IMG/VR virus record: IMGVR_UViG_3300021365_000003
Length of the DNA: 64,000 bases
Reading direction: 5' to 3' (one strand)
From: a virus
Positions within the stretch are counted from its first letter, which is position 1. Each line of letters begins with the position of its first letter. A program made the position numbers and the translations under genes. Shown here piece after piece: positions 6,203 to 14,338 of this stretch. The notes beneath the pieces were generated by a model. That model saw only the letters and a list, made by a program, of their open reading frames with translations. It ran no database searches and was not told the DNA's origin.

Positions 6203-7783
6203 ATGAAAAACTATAAAACAACCGTTATCGCTGCTTGCTTGGTTGGCATGATGGGCGCTTGTGCTGCGGATGGAAGTGTCTCGTATGAAGGCACAACAAA
6301 CGAACCTCGACCCTGCTGTGAGCCTGACGACAACCCACCGATCGACACCCAACCTGACGATCGGCCTCCAATTGCTTATCCCCCGGCGGACCCAATTGAC
6401 CCTCCTGTCGAGCCCCCTGTCGAGCCCCCTGCCGATCCTTTCGTGGAAGCAGAAGACCTTAGCGCCGACGAGCTTCAACGGGTCGAGATTCTCCGAGACT
6501 CTATCAATATTGGTTTGAATTTGGGCACAGAGCTTTACTTGGACCAAATGGCCATTCAATTGCAAAACCTCAACATTGCAATGGACTATAACCTTTCTCA
6601 TGAAGATTTGTTTGCCGGATTGGATGCATCAATAACGGATTGCCCTTTTGTGGAGTTTTACGATAATGTTGAACAAGCAAATTCGGTTTCCTGCGATTAT
6701 CTTGCGGACATGGCGAAAGTGGAAGTTTATTCTAGTTTAACACAAGAATTGGACGCTGCGCCGCTAACAAGTGCAATCGCCGGCTCTATTCATTTTGAGG
6801 AGGCCCAGTTTTGGTATGAGCAAGGAGCAATTAGCGCCTTGGAAGACAACCGTGTTCGGGTTCGCTTCGACCTAATGAACCGAGGCTTTTGTAGTATTGA
6901 GCCCACACCGGTGGAAAGCTCTTATATAAAAGGCATTGCGATCGGCCGGCAACACTTTGCGCAAACTTTTAATTTGGAATTAGAGCGACGAGGATTTGCT
7001 CCTTCTTATCCTGAAATGCCAATTATCGAGATCTGCGATGCTAATGAAGCTTTTATCGAACCGGCAATGAGCAACGCCCTTGGCAGCCTTGGAATGGCCA
7101 TGGAAGCCGAGCCTCTTTGTGCTTCTGACTATACCCCACCAAATGCCGAAGCTTCATTGCAGTGGGCGCAAGCTCAAATCGATTATGAGCGAGGCGTTCG
7201 TCAAGGTTTAGAAGATGAAATGGCCCTTGCGGCTGTTGCGGCGTTTCGGGTTATTCCTTGTAATGTTGGTGACCCGTTGGTGATTGACTTGGATGGCGAC
7301 GGTATTGAATTAAGCTCAATTAATGATGGAGTTAACTTTGACTTATACAACATTGGCCGAGAACAAGCAATGGCATGGCCTAATGGTGGCGACGGCTTTT
7401 TGGCTTATGATTGGAATGGTGATGGTGTTATAACTTCCGGCGCTGAACTTTTTGGAAACGTTCAAGGCGATTGGACCGACGGATTTGACCATCTTGCTTC
7501 TTTTGATTTAGACATGGACAACCTTATAACAAAAAATGATAAAATTTTTTCCGGGTTGGTTGTTTGGCAAGATATCAATCAAGATGGGCTTTGCGCCGCC
7601 AATGAGCTTTCACCCTTGGCCAACTTTGGTGTTTCTGCTGTCCCAACAATTGGTTCCGGCGGGCACGACGCTGTAAATGGAAACCCAATCCCGCTTGTTG
7701 CTTGGACCGAAGGTGAAGTGCTGCTTATTGGTGATGCCGAGCTTTCAATTGCCCCAAACCCCAGGCTTGCTCGCTTGGATTAA
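6203..7783 (+). CDS. putative lipoprotein with C-terminal FrpC-type self-processing module (SPM)
   Basis: Signal peptide ending GMMGAC, Pro-rich linker, then GD|PLVIDLDGDGIEL...DGFLAYDWNGDGVITSGAELFG...LVVWQDINQDG...EL. Confidence 0.8.
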   Translation: MKNYKTTVIAACLVGMMGACAADGSVSYEGTTNEPRPCCEPDDNPPIDTQPDDRPPIAYPPADPIDPPVEPPVEPPADPFVEAEDLSADELQRVEILRDSINIGLNLGTELYLDQMAIQLQNLNIAMDYNLSHEDLFAGLDASITDCPFVEFYDNVEQANSVSCDYLADMAKVEVYSSLTQELDAAPLTSAIAGSIHFEEAQFWYEQGAISALEDNRVRVRFDLMNRGFCSIEPTPVESSYIKGIAIGRQHFAQTFNLELERRGFAPSYPEMPIIEICDANEAFIEPAMSNALGSLGMAMEAEPLCASDYTPPNAEASLQWAQAQIDYERGVRQGLEDEMALAAVAAFRVIPCNVGDPLVIDLDGDGIELSSINDGVNFDLYNIGREQAMAWPNGGDGFLAYDWNGDGVITSGAELFGNVQGDWTDGFDHLASFDLDMDNLITKNDKIFSGLVVWQDINQDGLCAANELSPLANFGVSAVPTIGSGGHDAVNGNPIPLVAWTEGEVLLIGDAELSIAPNPRLARLD

Positions 7784-7804
7784 AATTAACTAAAGGAGAT
7801 TATA

Positions 7805-8065
7805 ATGAAAATCACAAAACAAAAACTTGTCAAGATCATCAAAGAAGAGCTTGAGGCTGCTCTTGATGAGTCAAAGAGCCCAATGCCCCTTGAAGATCTT
7901 ACTGATGCAGAGTGGGAATTTTGGAAAAGCGCTTTCGAAGAAGCCGAAGCTGCCGGTGCTGATGTCGATGAGGCATCCGCTCACGCAAATAAAGAAGTTG
8001 ATGCGCTAAGAAATGCGGAAACTTCCGAAGCCCTCCCGGCAAACGATGACGGCATAGACTTCTAA
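7805..8065 (+). CDS. small acidic tagged protein
   Basis: Tag MKITKQKLVKIIKEELEAALDE; AAGGAG RBS. Confidence 0.8.
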   Translation: MKITKQKLVKIIKEELEAALDESKSPMPLEDLTDAEWEFWKSAFEEAEAAGADVDEASAHANKEVDALRNAETSEALPANDDGIDF

Positions 8066-8087
8066 GAAAAATAAATCTTGCGAATCC

Positions 8088-8117
8088 AAGCCCCGCTTTT
8101 TCGGCGGGGCTTTTTTT
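8088..8117 (+). terminator. intrinsic terminator
   Basis: AAGCCCCGC-TTTTTCG-GCGGGGC followed by T7. Confidence 0.9.
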
Positions 8118-8168
8118 GTTTTGACTAACTATTTATAACAAAACATAACTTATAAGGAGTTTTTTAAA

Positions 8169-9320
8169 GTGAAAATCAAGAAAACTAGGCTGCTGCAAAT
8201 CATCCAAGAGGAGATTGCACGCATTGATGAAGATAAAGCGGAGAGCATGGAAGCACTTGCTGCCAAAGCCAAGGAAAACCCAAATAGTCCGGCGATGGAA
8301 GAGCTTTTAACCAGACTTTCAAAAAAGCATCGTTTTCTTGCGCTTAAGTTAGCCGGCGGAAACGAAGCTGACGCCGAGGACGCAATGCAAAGCGCCCTTA
8401 TCAAAATCATGACTCAAATTGGTGGGTTCCGAGGAGATTCTGCATTCTCCACTTGGGCCGGCGCCATTATGAAAAATGAATTAATTGACAGTTTCCGAGC
8501 AGGACGCAAAGAGCTTCCTTTTGCCGGTGGCGGCGCAGCTGAAGGCGAGCCGGATATCACAAGTATGTCCGACAAGAGCGAAATCTATCCGTTGGTTCCA
8601 AAAATTAAGAACCCCGAGCAGATTCTTCTTGACAAAGAGCGCAATGAAGCTTTCGATGCTATGGTCCAAGCAATCAAGGATGACAAAATCAACCTCAACG
8701 ATCGGCAAAAAATTGTTACCCTAAATCAGTTTGCGGCCGATCCAAAGTCAGTCGAGGAACTGCGTGTCGAGCTTGGTTACAACACTGTCGGAGAAGTTGG
8801 TCGTGAAATTTCTCGGTCACGTGAAAGAATTGATCGATGGTTGTACTCTCCAGGTGATGAAGGCGTCAAGAAAACTCTTCGAATCGCATTTGCTGGTGGT
8901 GTGAAGCCCGGCGATATCCGAGAAGGCGAAACAGCCGATCGTATGTTTGATGATGCCGAAGCTATCAGAGCAGATGAAAAGCAGTTCTTTGAAGACTTTT
9001 ATAAATGGGCTTATGATAATTATGGCTCAATGGTCGAGGACGGTGAGCTTGACGATGAGCTTTTAGCTGTTTACCGAAAAGTTTTAGCTAAGTCAGAAGA
9101 TCCTGATGCCGACCTTATGGAGCCCGGAATCGACTTGGACTATGAATCACTTCCAAAGGCAGGATCAATGGCTGGTTCATCGACGAATCCGACTCCCCCA
9201 ACAGCAAGACGTCGAGGATCTATGTTTCCTCGACGACCAGATGAAAGATATCGCAAAAATGAAGAACTTTCTTTAGAAGAAACAATTGCTGCAGTCGTAA
9301 AAGAGACTTTGGGTCTATAA
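8169..9320 (+). CDS. ECF (RpoE-like) RNA polymerase sigma factor with N-terminal cargo tag and acidic C-terminal extension
   Basis: Sigma2: DAEDAMQSALIK...FRGDSAFSTW...N..ID.FR; sigma4-like LNDRQKIV...SVEELRVELG..VGEVGREISRSRERI; GTG start with AAGGAG RBS. Confidence 0.88.
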   Translation: MKIKKTRLLQIIQEEIARIDEDKAESMEALAAKAKENPNSPAMEELLTRLSKKHRFLALKLAGGNEADAEDAMQSALIKIMTQIGGFRGDSAFSTWAGAIMKNELIDSFRAGRKELPFAGGGAAEGEPDITSMSDKSEIYPLVPKIKNPEQILLDKERNEAFDAMVQAIKDDKINLNDRQKIVTLNQFAADPKSVEELRVELGYNTVGEVGREISRSRERIDRWLYSPGDEGVKKTLRIAFAGGVKPGDIREGETADRMFDDAEAIRADEKQFFEDFYKWAYDNYGSMVEDGELDDELLAVYRKVLAKSEDPDADLMEPGIDLDYESLPKAGSMAGSSTNPTPPTARRRGSMFPRRPDERYRKNEELSLEETIAAVVKETLGL

Positions 9321-9345
9321 ACAACTTTAAAGTTATGTTATAATG

Positions 9346-9376
9346 AAAGGGCGGGTTCTTCCCGCCCTTTTCTTTT
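9346..9376 (+). terminator. intrinsic terminator
   Basis: AAAGGGCGGG-TTCTT-CCCGCCCTTT followed by TCTTTT. Confidence 0.85.
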
Positions 9377-9385
9377 ATCTAAATT

Positions 9386-9571
9386 ATGAAAAAACCTTTA
9401 ATTTGCAAAGTTATTGTTTGGCGAATTTTTTCTACCACAGTGGCCGGTACAGTTTCTTGGATTTGGATTGGCGAACTTAAAAAATCTTTAACGCTTACAA
9501 TCTTTTTAACTTTCTTGATGATGTTTTTACATTATTTATTTGAAAGAGTTTGGGAAAGCTTAAATAAATAA
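9386..9571 (+). CDS. small membrane protein (DUF2061-like)
   Basis: KxIxWRIxST...ERVW pattern with two hydrophobic segments. Confidence 0.6.
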   Translation: MKKPLICKVIVWRIFSTTVAGTVSWIWIGELKKSLTLTIFLTFLMMFLHYLFERVWESLNK

Positions 9572-9613
9572 AAATATTTGTGGTTATTTTCACTTGCGGT
9601 TTCTATTTATTTT

Positions 9614-10402
9614 ATGCGGCGAATGATTTTTATTGCGATTTTTTGTTTTTCTTTGTTTGATTGTAAAGGAAATAATCTCTCTCAAACGTCTTCTGCCGCC
9701 TCCGAAGTTTTTGTCCCGGCCCTTGCCTATGTTCAACTCTCCAAAGCGCTTACAATGCGTTTTGAGGGCAATGAAATACCTTATGGTTGGTGGTCTGCCG
9801 GCGGTGTTTGCATCAAAAGCGACGAAGATGGCTGTTTTATCTTAACTGTTGATCATTTTTGCCATTCTGACCCCGAAGATTTGTTTGGGCCGGAGCCAGA
9901 GCACATTGATTATAACGTTAATTTTAATTATTCTTTTTCTGGTGAGAACTTGGTTGGCGATTTCGGTGATGGCTGGGTGGTTGCGCAAAATCCGGATGTT
10001 GATTTATGCTTGATTTGGCTTCAAGGCGACTTTGATCATGAAATTAATGCTATAGCTGATGAAGGAAACATAAAATTTTTTGCTGAGCTTCATAATTGGG
10101 GCGCACCAAGAGGATTTTTCCGCACATTTCCTTCTTTTGGGCTGCTTTTGTTTGAAGGATACTGGGGAGGTTGGTGTGACGACTTTTGTCAGCTTCCAAA
10201 TAACTTAGATGGAAACAACTTTTTCATGCATTCTATTCCCACATCTTCTGGCCAGTCCGGATCTGCCATCTTTTTAGGTGATAAACTGTTTGGATTGCAA
10301 GTTGCTTCAAATTCTTCTGTTGATAGTTTTGGAATTTCAGCTCGTCCGTCTATTATAAATAATTTTCTAAGGGCAAATAACATTGTCAAGCCTTATTTAT
10401 AA
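9614..10402 (+). CDS. secreted trypsin-like serine protease
   Basis: ILTVDHFC (His), VDLCLI (Asp), GQSGSAIF (Ser); hydrophobic N-terminus; start codon uncertain. Confidence 0.75.
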   Translation: MRRMIFIAIFCFSLFDCKGNNLSQTSSAASEVFVPALAYVQLSKALTMRFEGNEIPYGWWSAGGVCIKSDEDGCFILTVDHFCHSDPEDLFGPEPEHIDYNVNFNYSFSGENLVGDFGDGWVVAQNPDVDLCLIWLQGDFDHEINAIADEGNIKFFAELHNWGAPRGFFRTFPSFGLLLFEGYWGGWCDDFCQLPNNLDGNNFFMHSIPTSSGQSGSAIFLGDKLFGLQVASNSSVDSFGISARPSIINNFLRANNIVKPYL

Positions 10403-10477
10403 CAAAATACTTTAAAACCTTTACTTAACTATTTATTGTAGTGGTGATTTTTACCACAATTGTAAAGGAGTATCATT

Positions 10478-10591
10478 ATGTCAGCATTTATGTGGGGCGT
10501 CGTTTGTGGCGCCGTTGCTTCACCTTTCGTTTGGGAAAGCTTGAAGTGGTGTTACCGTAAATATCTCAGCGTTCTAAAGAAAGCAGAGTAA
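10478..10591 (+). CDS. 37-aa membrane peptide
   Basis: Late promoter, AAGGAG RBS, MSAFMWGVVCGAVASPFVW... with a basic tail. Confidence 0.6.
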   Translation: MSAFMWGVVCGAVASPFVWESLKWCYRKYLSVLKKAE

Positions 10592-10597
10592 ATTTAC

Positions 10598-10617
10598 TGC
10601 CCCCGCTCAAGGGGGCA
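10598..10617. terminator. hairpin between convergent genes
   Basis: TGCCCCC-GCTCAA-GGGGGCA. Confidence 0.6.
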
Positions 10618-10638
10618 CATCATAAATCTTTCTATAAT

Positions 10639-11280
10639 TTACTTTACGTAGCTATCGTAATACCAGCGCCTGTTCCCACGTTCGGAAAGAAGGCCAAGAT
10701 GGATAGAATAGCCGCCTAAACCTAAAGACATTCCTAGTTCTAGATCGTCATAAAGGGCTTCCAGCAGCGCTTCAACGTGCCGGCGATCGTCTTGTGTCTT
10801 GAAATCCATGTCAAAAGCATAAGCACCAATGTGATCGGAAGCTTTTGCTCCACCAACTTTTTCATTATAGTCTTCTGGGCGCCACCAATTTCTTACAACA
10901 ATTGGCTTTCCTAAATCTTCCCTGAGATAGTCGAAGAGGGACGCAAGCGCAGCACCCCTGTCCCACCATTCGTGTTCCGGAACAAACGCTTCATAGCCCA
11001 ACTCAGAAGCAGTATCAAGGTGGTGAGGTGTGCACATCTCCTTGGCGGAAACAAAAACAATACCTGTGGCGTCTAGATAAGATTGATACCCAGCCATAGT
11101 TAGTTCATAGTCCTGTGGATCGACAACTGCCTTGTTAAATCGATCTACAATTCTTTCAAAAGGGTTCATTTCTTTAAATCTATCAGTCTTGGGCATTTCA
11201 TCGGTCTCCTCTTCTGCTGGCGCATTTGGGTTGCGCAAACTATTTAAAGCAGTTCTTAGAATGTTATATAGGGTTTTCAT
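10639..11280 (-). CDS. peptidase M15-family Zn peptidoglycan hydrolase (endolysin candidate)
   Basis: WRPEDYNEKVGGAKASDH...AFDMD...IHLG; probable start MKTLYN after minus-strand CTATTTA at 11301..11307. Confidence 0.8.
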   Translation of the reverse strand: MKTLYNILRTALNSLRNPNAPAEEETDEMPKTDRFKEMNPFERIVDRFNKAVVDPQDYELTMAGYQSYLDATGIVFVSAKEMCTPHHLDTASELGYEAFVPEHEWWDRGAALASLFDYLREDLGKPIVVRNWWRPEDYNEKVGGAKASDHIGAYAFDMDFKTQDDRRHVEALLEALYDDLELGMSLGLGGYSIHLGLLSERGNRRWYYDSYVK

Positions 11281-11308
11281 ATTATTGGAATGTGTTGTGG
11301 TAAATAGA

Positions 11309-11422
11309 ATGATTAAAGAAAAAATAAAGAACAATTTAGTTGTTCAAAACACTTTGGTTGCAATTGCTTTTTTGTGGCTTGTGGTATTTACCATAATCCT
11401 TATGGCTAGCAAGAACAAATAA
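11309..11422 (+). CDS. small single-TM peptide
   Basis: MIKEKIKNNLVVQNTLVAIAFLWLVVFTIILMASKNK. Confidence 0.45.
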   Translation: MIKEKIKNNLVVQNTLVAIAFLWLVVFTIILMASKNK

Positions 11423-11443
11423 TTAATAAAGGAGAATAAAATA

Positions 11444-12022
11444 ATGTTTTTAATTAAATTACTTTACTTTTTTTGGAACTTTATACCGAACTTTGGTAAG
11501 TGGTGGTATGGGCTCACAATGAAGGTTACAAAAAATAACGAGTTTCCTGTTGAGAAAGTTTCTACGTATAGTGAAGTTGGTGAAAGATTAGAGTGGGGCA
11601 AGCGGTACCGAAAAGATAAATGGGAAGGAAAACTCGATAATCTTTCTCACCCAACTGAAATTCAAAAAAGAATCGCTAATGGTGAACTAATTGGTGACTG
11701 TGATGATCATAGCATTTATTGGGCTACTTGTCTACTAAAATCTGACCTAGTTTTAAAAGTTTGGTTTTCTTTCTTTCAAATGCGATCAAAAGATACTGGA
11801 AAATTAAGTGGGCACGTTGTTTGTGTTTTTGTCGACAAGGAAAATAAAATGAAGTGGTGCGATTATCGTATGCCTTCCGATATTGAGTCTCGTTGGAGCT
11901 GGGCAGAGCAAAGTGCGGAAAGGTATAATGCCGAAGTACTAACAGCGGCAATGGTAGAAGTAATCTCAATCAAGCCAGATGATACGCCCGTTTTTGGGGA
12001 AGTTGATAAAAAGATCTGGTAA
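11444..12022 (+). CDS. transglutaminase-like cysteine protease-fold protein
   Basis: GDCDDHS (Cys)...GHVVCVF (His)...WCDY (Asp); AAGGAG RBS. Confidence 0.7.
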   Translation: MFLIKLLYFFWNFIPNFGKWWYGLTMKVTKNNEFPVEKVSTYSEVGERLEWGKRYRKDKWEGKLDNLSHPTEIQKRIANGELIGDCDDHSIYWATCLLKSDLVLKVWFSFFQMRSKDTGKLSGHVVCVFVDKENKMKWCDYRMPSDIESRWSWAEQSAERYNAEVLTAAMVEVISIKPDDTPVFGEVDKKIW

Positions 12023-12043
12023 GGACACCGACGGACCAAATGC

Positions 12044-12073
12044 TTGACTTTGGGCCTCGTTTCGTGTTATAAT
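12044..12073 (+). promoter_or_regulatory. host sigma70-type promoter
   Basis: TTGACT-N18-TATAAT with extended TG. Confidence 0.7.
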
Positions 12074-12141
12074 AGACGACTGGCCTCGATCGTTTGCGGG
12101 GCCGGAACCGGTAAATTTATCGGAAAAAAAACGTTCGAAAA

Positions 12142-12171
12142 GTGGATAAGATCCGTCGCTCGTTCGTCTAA
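12142..12171 (+). promoter_or_regulatory. bipartite ECF-type promoter, copy 7
   Basis: GTGGATAAGATCC-gtcgctcgtt-CGTCTAA ending 40 nt upstream of the uvsE start. Confidence 0.8.
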
Positions 12172-12211
12172 TATATACACCGGGCTTTCCGGACCAACTC
12201 ACAGGAGGATT

Positions 12212-13141
12212 ATGAATAGCGACTATATCGGTTACGCTTGTATCAACATGGGTTTTAGTGAACGACCTAAGAGTCAACGCATCACTACTAACAGAACAAT
12301 GATTAAAAAAACTTTTGATGCGAAGGGTATCCACTATGCCTCTCAACTAACTCTACTAAATATAACAGACCTACTTGAGATTGTCAAGTGGAATGAGCAA
12401 AACAATGTAAAGTTTTTTCGAATGAGTTCTAATATGTTTCCTTGGGCATCTCATTACAACATTGATGATATGCCGGACATCAAGGAGATCTCTAAGAAGC
12501 TAAAAGAAGTTGGTGACTTTGCTAAAAAGCACAACCATAGACTTACATACCACCCTGGACCTTTCAACAAGTTGGCCTCACCTAAAGAACGTGTAGTCCA
12601 AAACACTATTACTGATTTGGAGATTCACGGCAAGGTTATGGATTTGATGGGCCTCCCAAGAGATCACTGGGCTAAGATCAACATTCACGTTGGTGCTGCT
12701 TATGGAGACAAGCCAAGCGCACTAAAAACGTTTTGTGAGAATGTAAACAAACTTTCTCCAGCAGTTAGATCAAGACTAACGGTGGAAAATGATGACAAGG
12801 TTTCTCTTTACTCAACAAAAGAACTTTACGAAGGAGTTCACGAACAAACTGGGATCCCTATTGTTTTTGATTACCACCATCACAAGCTTTGTACGGGAGG
12901 CCAGTCTGAACAAGATGCGTTAGAACTAGCTTTGTCGACCTGGGGAGATATCACCCCTGTAGTACATTACTCAGAGTCAGCTAGAGAAGAACAGAACAAT
13001 ATTAAGATTAGAGAAGAGAAACACTCTAACTATATATATAATACTATTAATAACTATAATAATAATATACATGTTATGGTAGAAGCTAAGGCTAAAGAAC
13101 TAGCAGTTATTAAATACAAAACGGAGATTATCAATGGTTAA
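12212..13141 (+). CDS. uvsE: UV damage endonuclease
   Basis: GYACIN, FFRMSS, HPG, NIHVG, LTVENDD, VFDYHHH, VHYSES, EAKAKE; start at ATG 12212 after AGGAGG. Confidence 0.95.
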   Translation: MNSDYIGYACINMGFSERPKSQRITTNRTMIKKTFDAKGIHYASQLTLLNITDLLEIVKWNEQNNVKFFRMSSNMFPWASHYNIDDMPDIKEISKKLKEVGDFAKKHNHRLTYHPGPFNKLASPKERVVQNTITDLEIHGKVMDLMGLPRDHWAKINIHVGAAYGDKPSALKTFCENVNKLSPAVRSRLTVENDDKVSLYSTKELYEGVHEQTGIPIVFDYHHHKLCTGGQSEQDALELALSTWGDITPVVHYSESAREEQNNIKIREEKHSNYIYNTINNYNNNIHVMVEAKAKELAVIKYKTEIING

Positions 13142-13664
13142 GTTAAGCTATGGGATTTGTTATATCCTTTTTACTGCTGGAGTTTTAAATACTCCAGAAC
13201 ATACCCTGAACCCTGAAAGGTTTAATACTTGTGAGGTGATTGCTAGTGAAGCAATTGCTAGAAACGTTTCACCCCTAATTGCTGTATCAGTAGCTTGGGA
13301 AGAATCTAGACTTCAAAAAGGAGTTGTTTCTTATACAGGTTGTTGCCATGGTCCATTACAGATCAACCCTAGATACTTTTGTGAAGAAGGAAAACTGGAG
13401 AATTGTGATTTGATTAATGATGGAGTCAATGCGGTAAAAGCTTTTCATTATAGATTTTCTAGATCGATCTCAACAGAACCATTCCAGCTTTTCTCTGTAG
13501 AACACCGACAAGAATGGGCTGAACCTCTCTGTCATTATAATGCTGGAAACCAGTGTACACCTAGATCTAGAGCTTATGCTCGCCGGATCATTAGACGTGC
13601 CGATCGACTATCGGAAGCAGTAACTCGCAATAGTGATAGAATTAGCGAACAGATCTGTATCTAA
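13134..13664 (+). CDS. SLT-family lytic transglycosylase
   Basis: AVSVAWEESR (catalytic Glu), GPLQIN, HYNAG; N-terminal hydrophobic segment. Confidence 0.8.
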   Translation: MVKLSYGICYILFTAGVLNTPEHTLNPERFNTCEVIASEAIARNVSPLIAVSVAWEESRLQKGVVSYTGCCHGPLQINPRYFCEEGKLENCDLINDGVNAVKAFHYRFSRSISTEPFQLFSVEHRQEWAEPLCHYNAGNQCTPRSRAYARRIIRRADRLSEAVTRNSDRISEQICI

Positions 13665-13846
13665 TGATTGGAGAGTCGTTTGTAAAGAACCTGGAACTTG
13701 GTGATTTAATACTTTATAAAAAAGAACTGTATTTAGTTGTTGACATTTACGTAAAGTATGATAGAATATGGTTTACTAAACTAGAAAGCATGAATACTAT
13801 TATTAAACACATAGAAGTTCCGGTACTTTATATTAATAAACAATGA
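13664..13846 (+). CDS. hypothetical protein
   Basis: Translationally coupled ORF; LELGDLI SH3-like start. Confidence 0.5.
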   Translation: MIGESFVKNLELGDLILYKKELYLVVDIYVKYDRIWFTKLESMNTIIKHIEVPVLYINKQ

Positions 13847-14094
13847 CTAATAAGGTTAATATTAATGATACAGTTAAACAATATAATGTTAGTGACTTAG
13901 TATTAGGAATATCAGATAATTATATTAATGATCTTTTAATTGGTGTTGTTATTGATCACCGAAAGTTAATGGGATTTCATTGTTATAAAATTGAATGGGC
14001 GTTAACTGCTGGGTTAACCCCAATAGAAGGATTAGATCCAGAGTGGTTTAAGCAAAAAGATTTAAGCTTATTCCGAAGAGCAATAAATATATAG
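13843..14094 (+). CDS. hypothetical protein
   Basis: Overlapping start/stop with the neighbouring ORF. Confidence 0.6.
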   Translation: MTNKVNINDTVKQYNVSDLVLGISDNYINDLLIGVVIDHRKLMGFHCYKIEWALTAGLTPIEGLDPEWFKQKDLSLFRRAINI

Positions 14095-14106
14095 GAGAAT
14101 ACAATA

Positions 14107-14316
14107 ATGCAACAAGACAATCTAAACATCAACATCCGACCAGAAGACTGCACTGACGTTAAGTGCGATGAATGCGACAGTGTCTTTTTTGAGCAAGTCG
14201 TTCAGATTAAGAGACTTTCCGCCCTACAGTCACCATCAGGTCAAACATCGTATGCACCGATTCCAATTTTTCGTTGTGTAGAATGTAAAACGGTTAATTC
14301 TGAGTTTACACACTAA
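14107..14316 (+). CDS. small zinc-ribbon protein
   Basis: CDEC...CVEC; AGGAG RBS. Confidence 0.75.
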   Translation: MQQDNLNINIRPEDCTDVKCDECDSVFFEQVVQIKRLSALQSPSGQTSYAPIPIFRCVECKTVNSEFTH

Positions 14317-14338
14317 TTATAAGTAAAGGTACCTTATA

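Noticed and set aside
12044-12211. ORF-track N-terminal extension of UvsE
   Set aside because: The region holds two promoters and hairpins; UvsE motifs and the AGGAGG RBS point to ATG 12212
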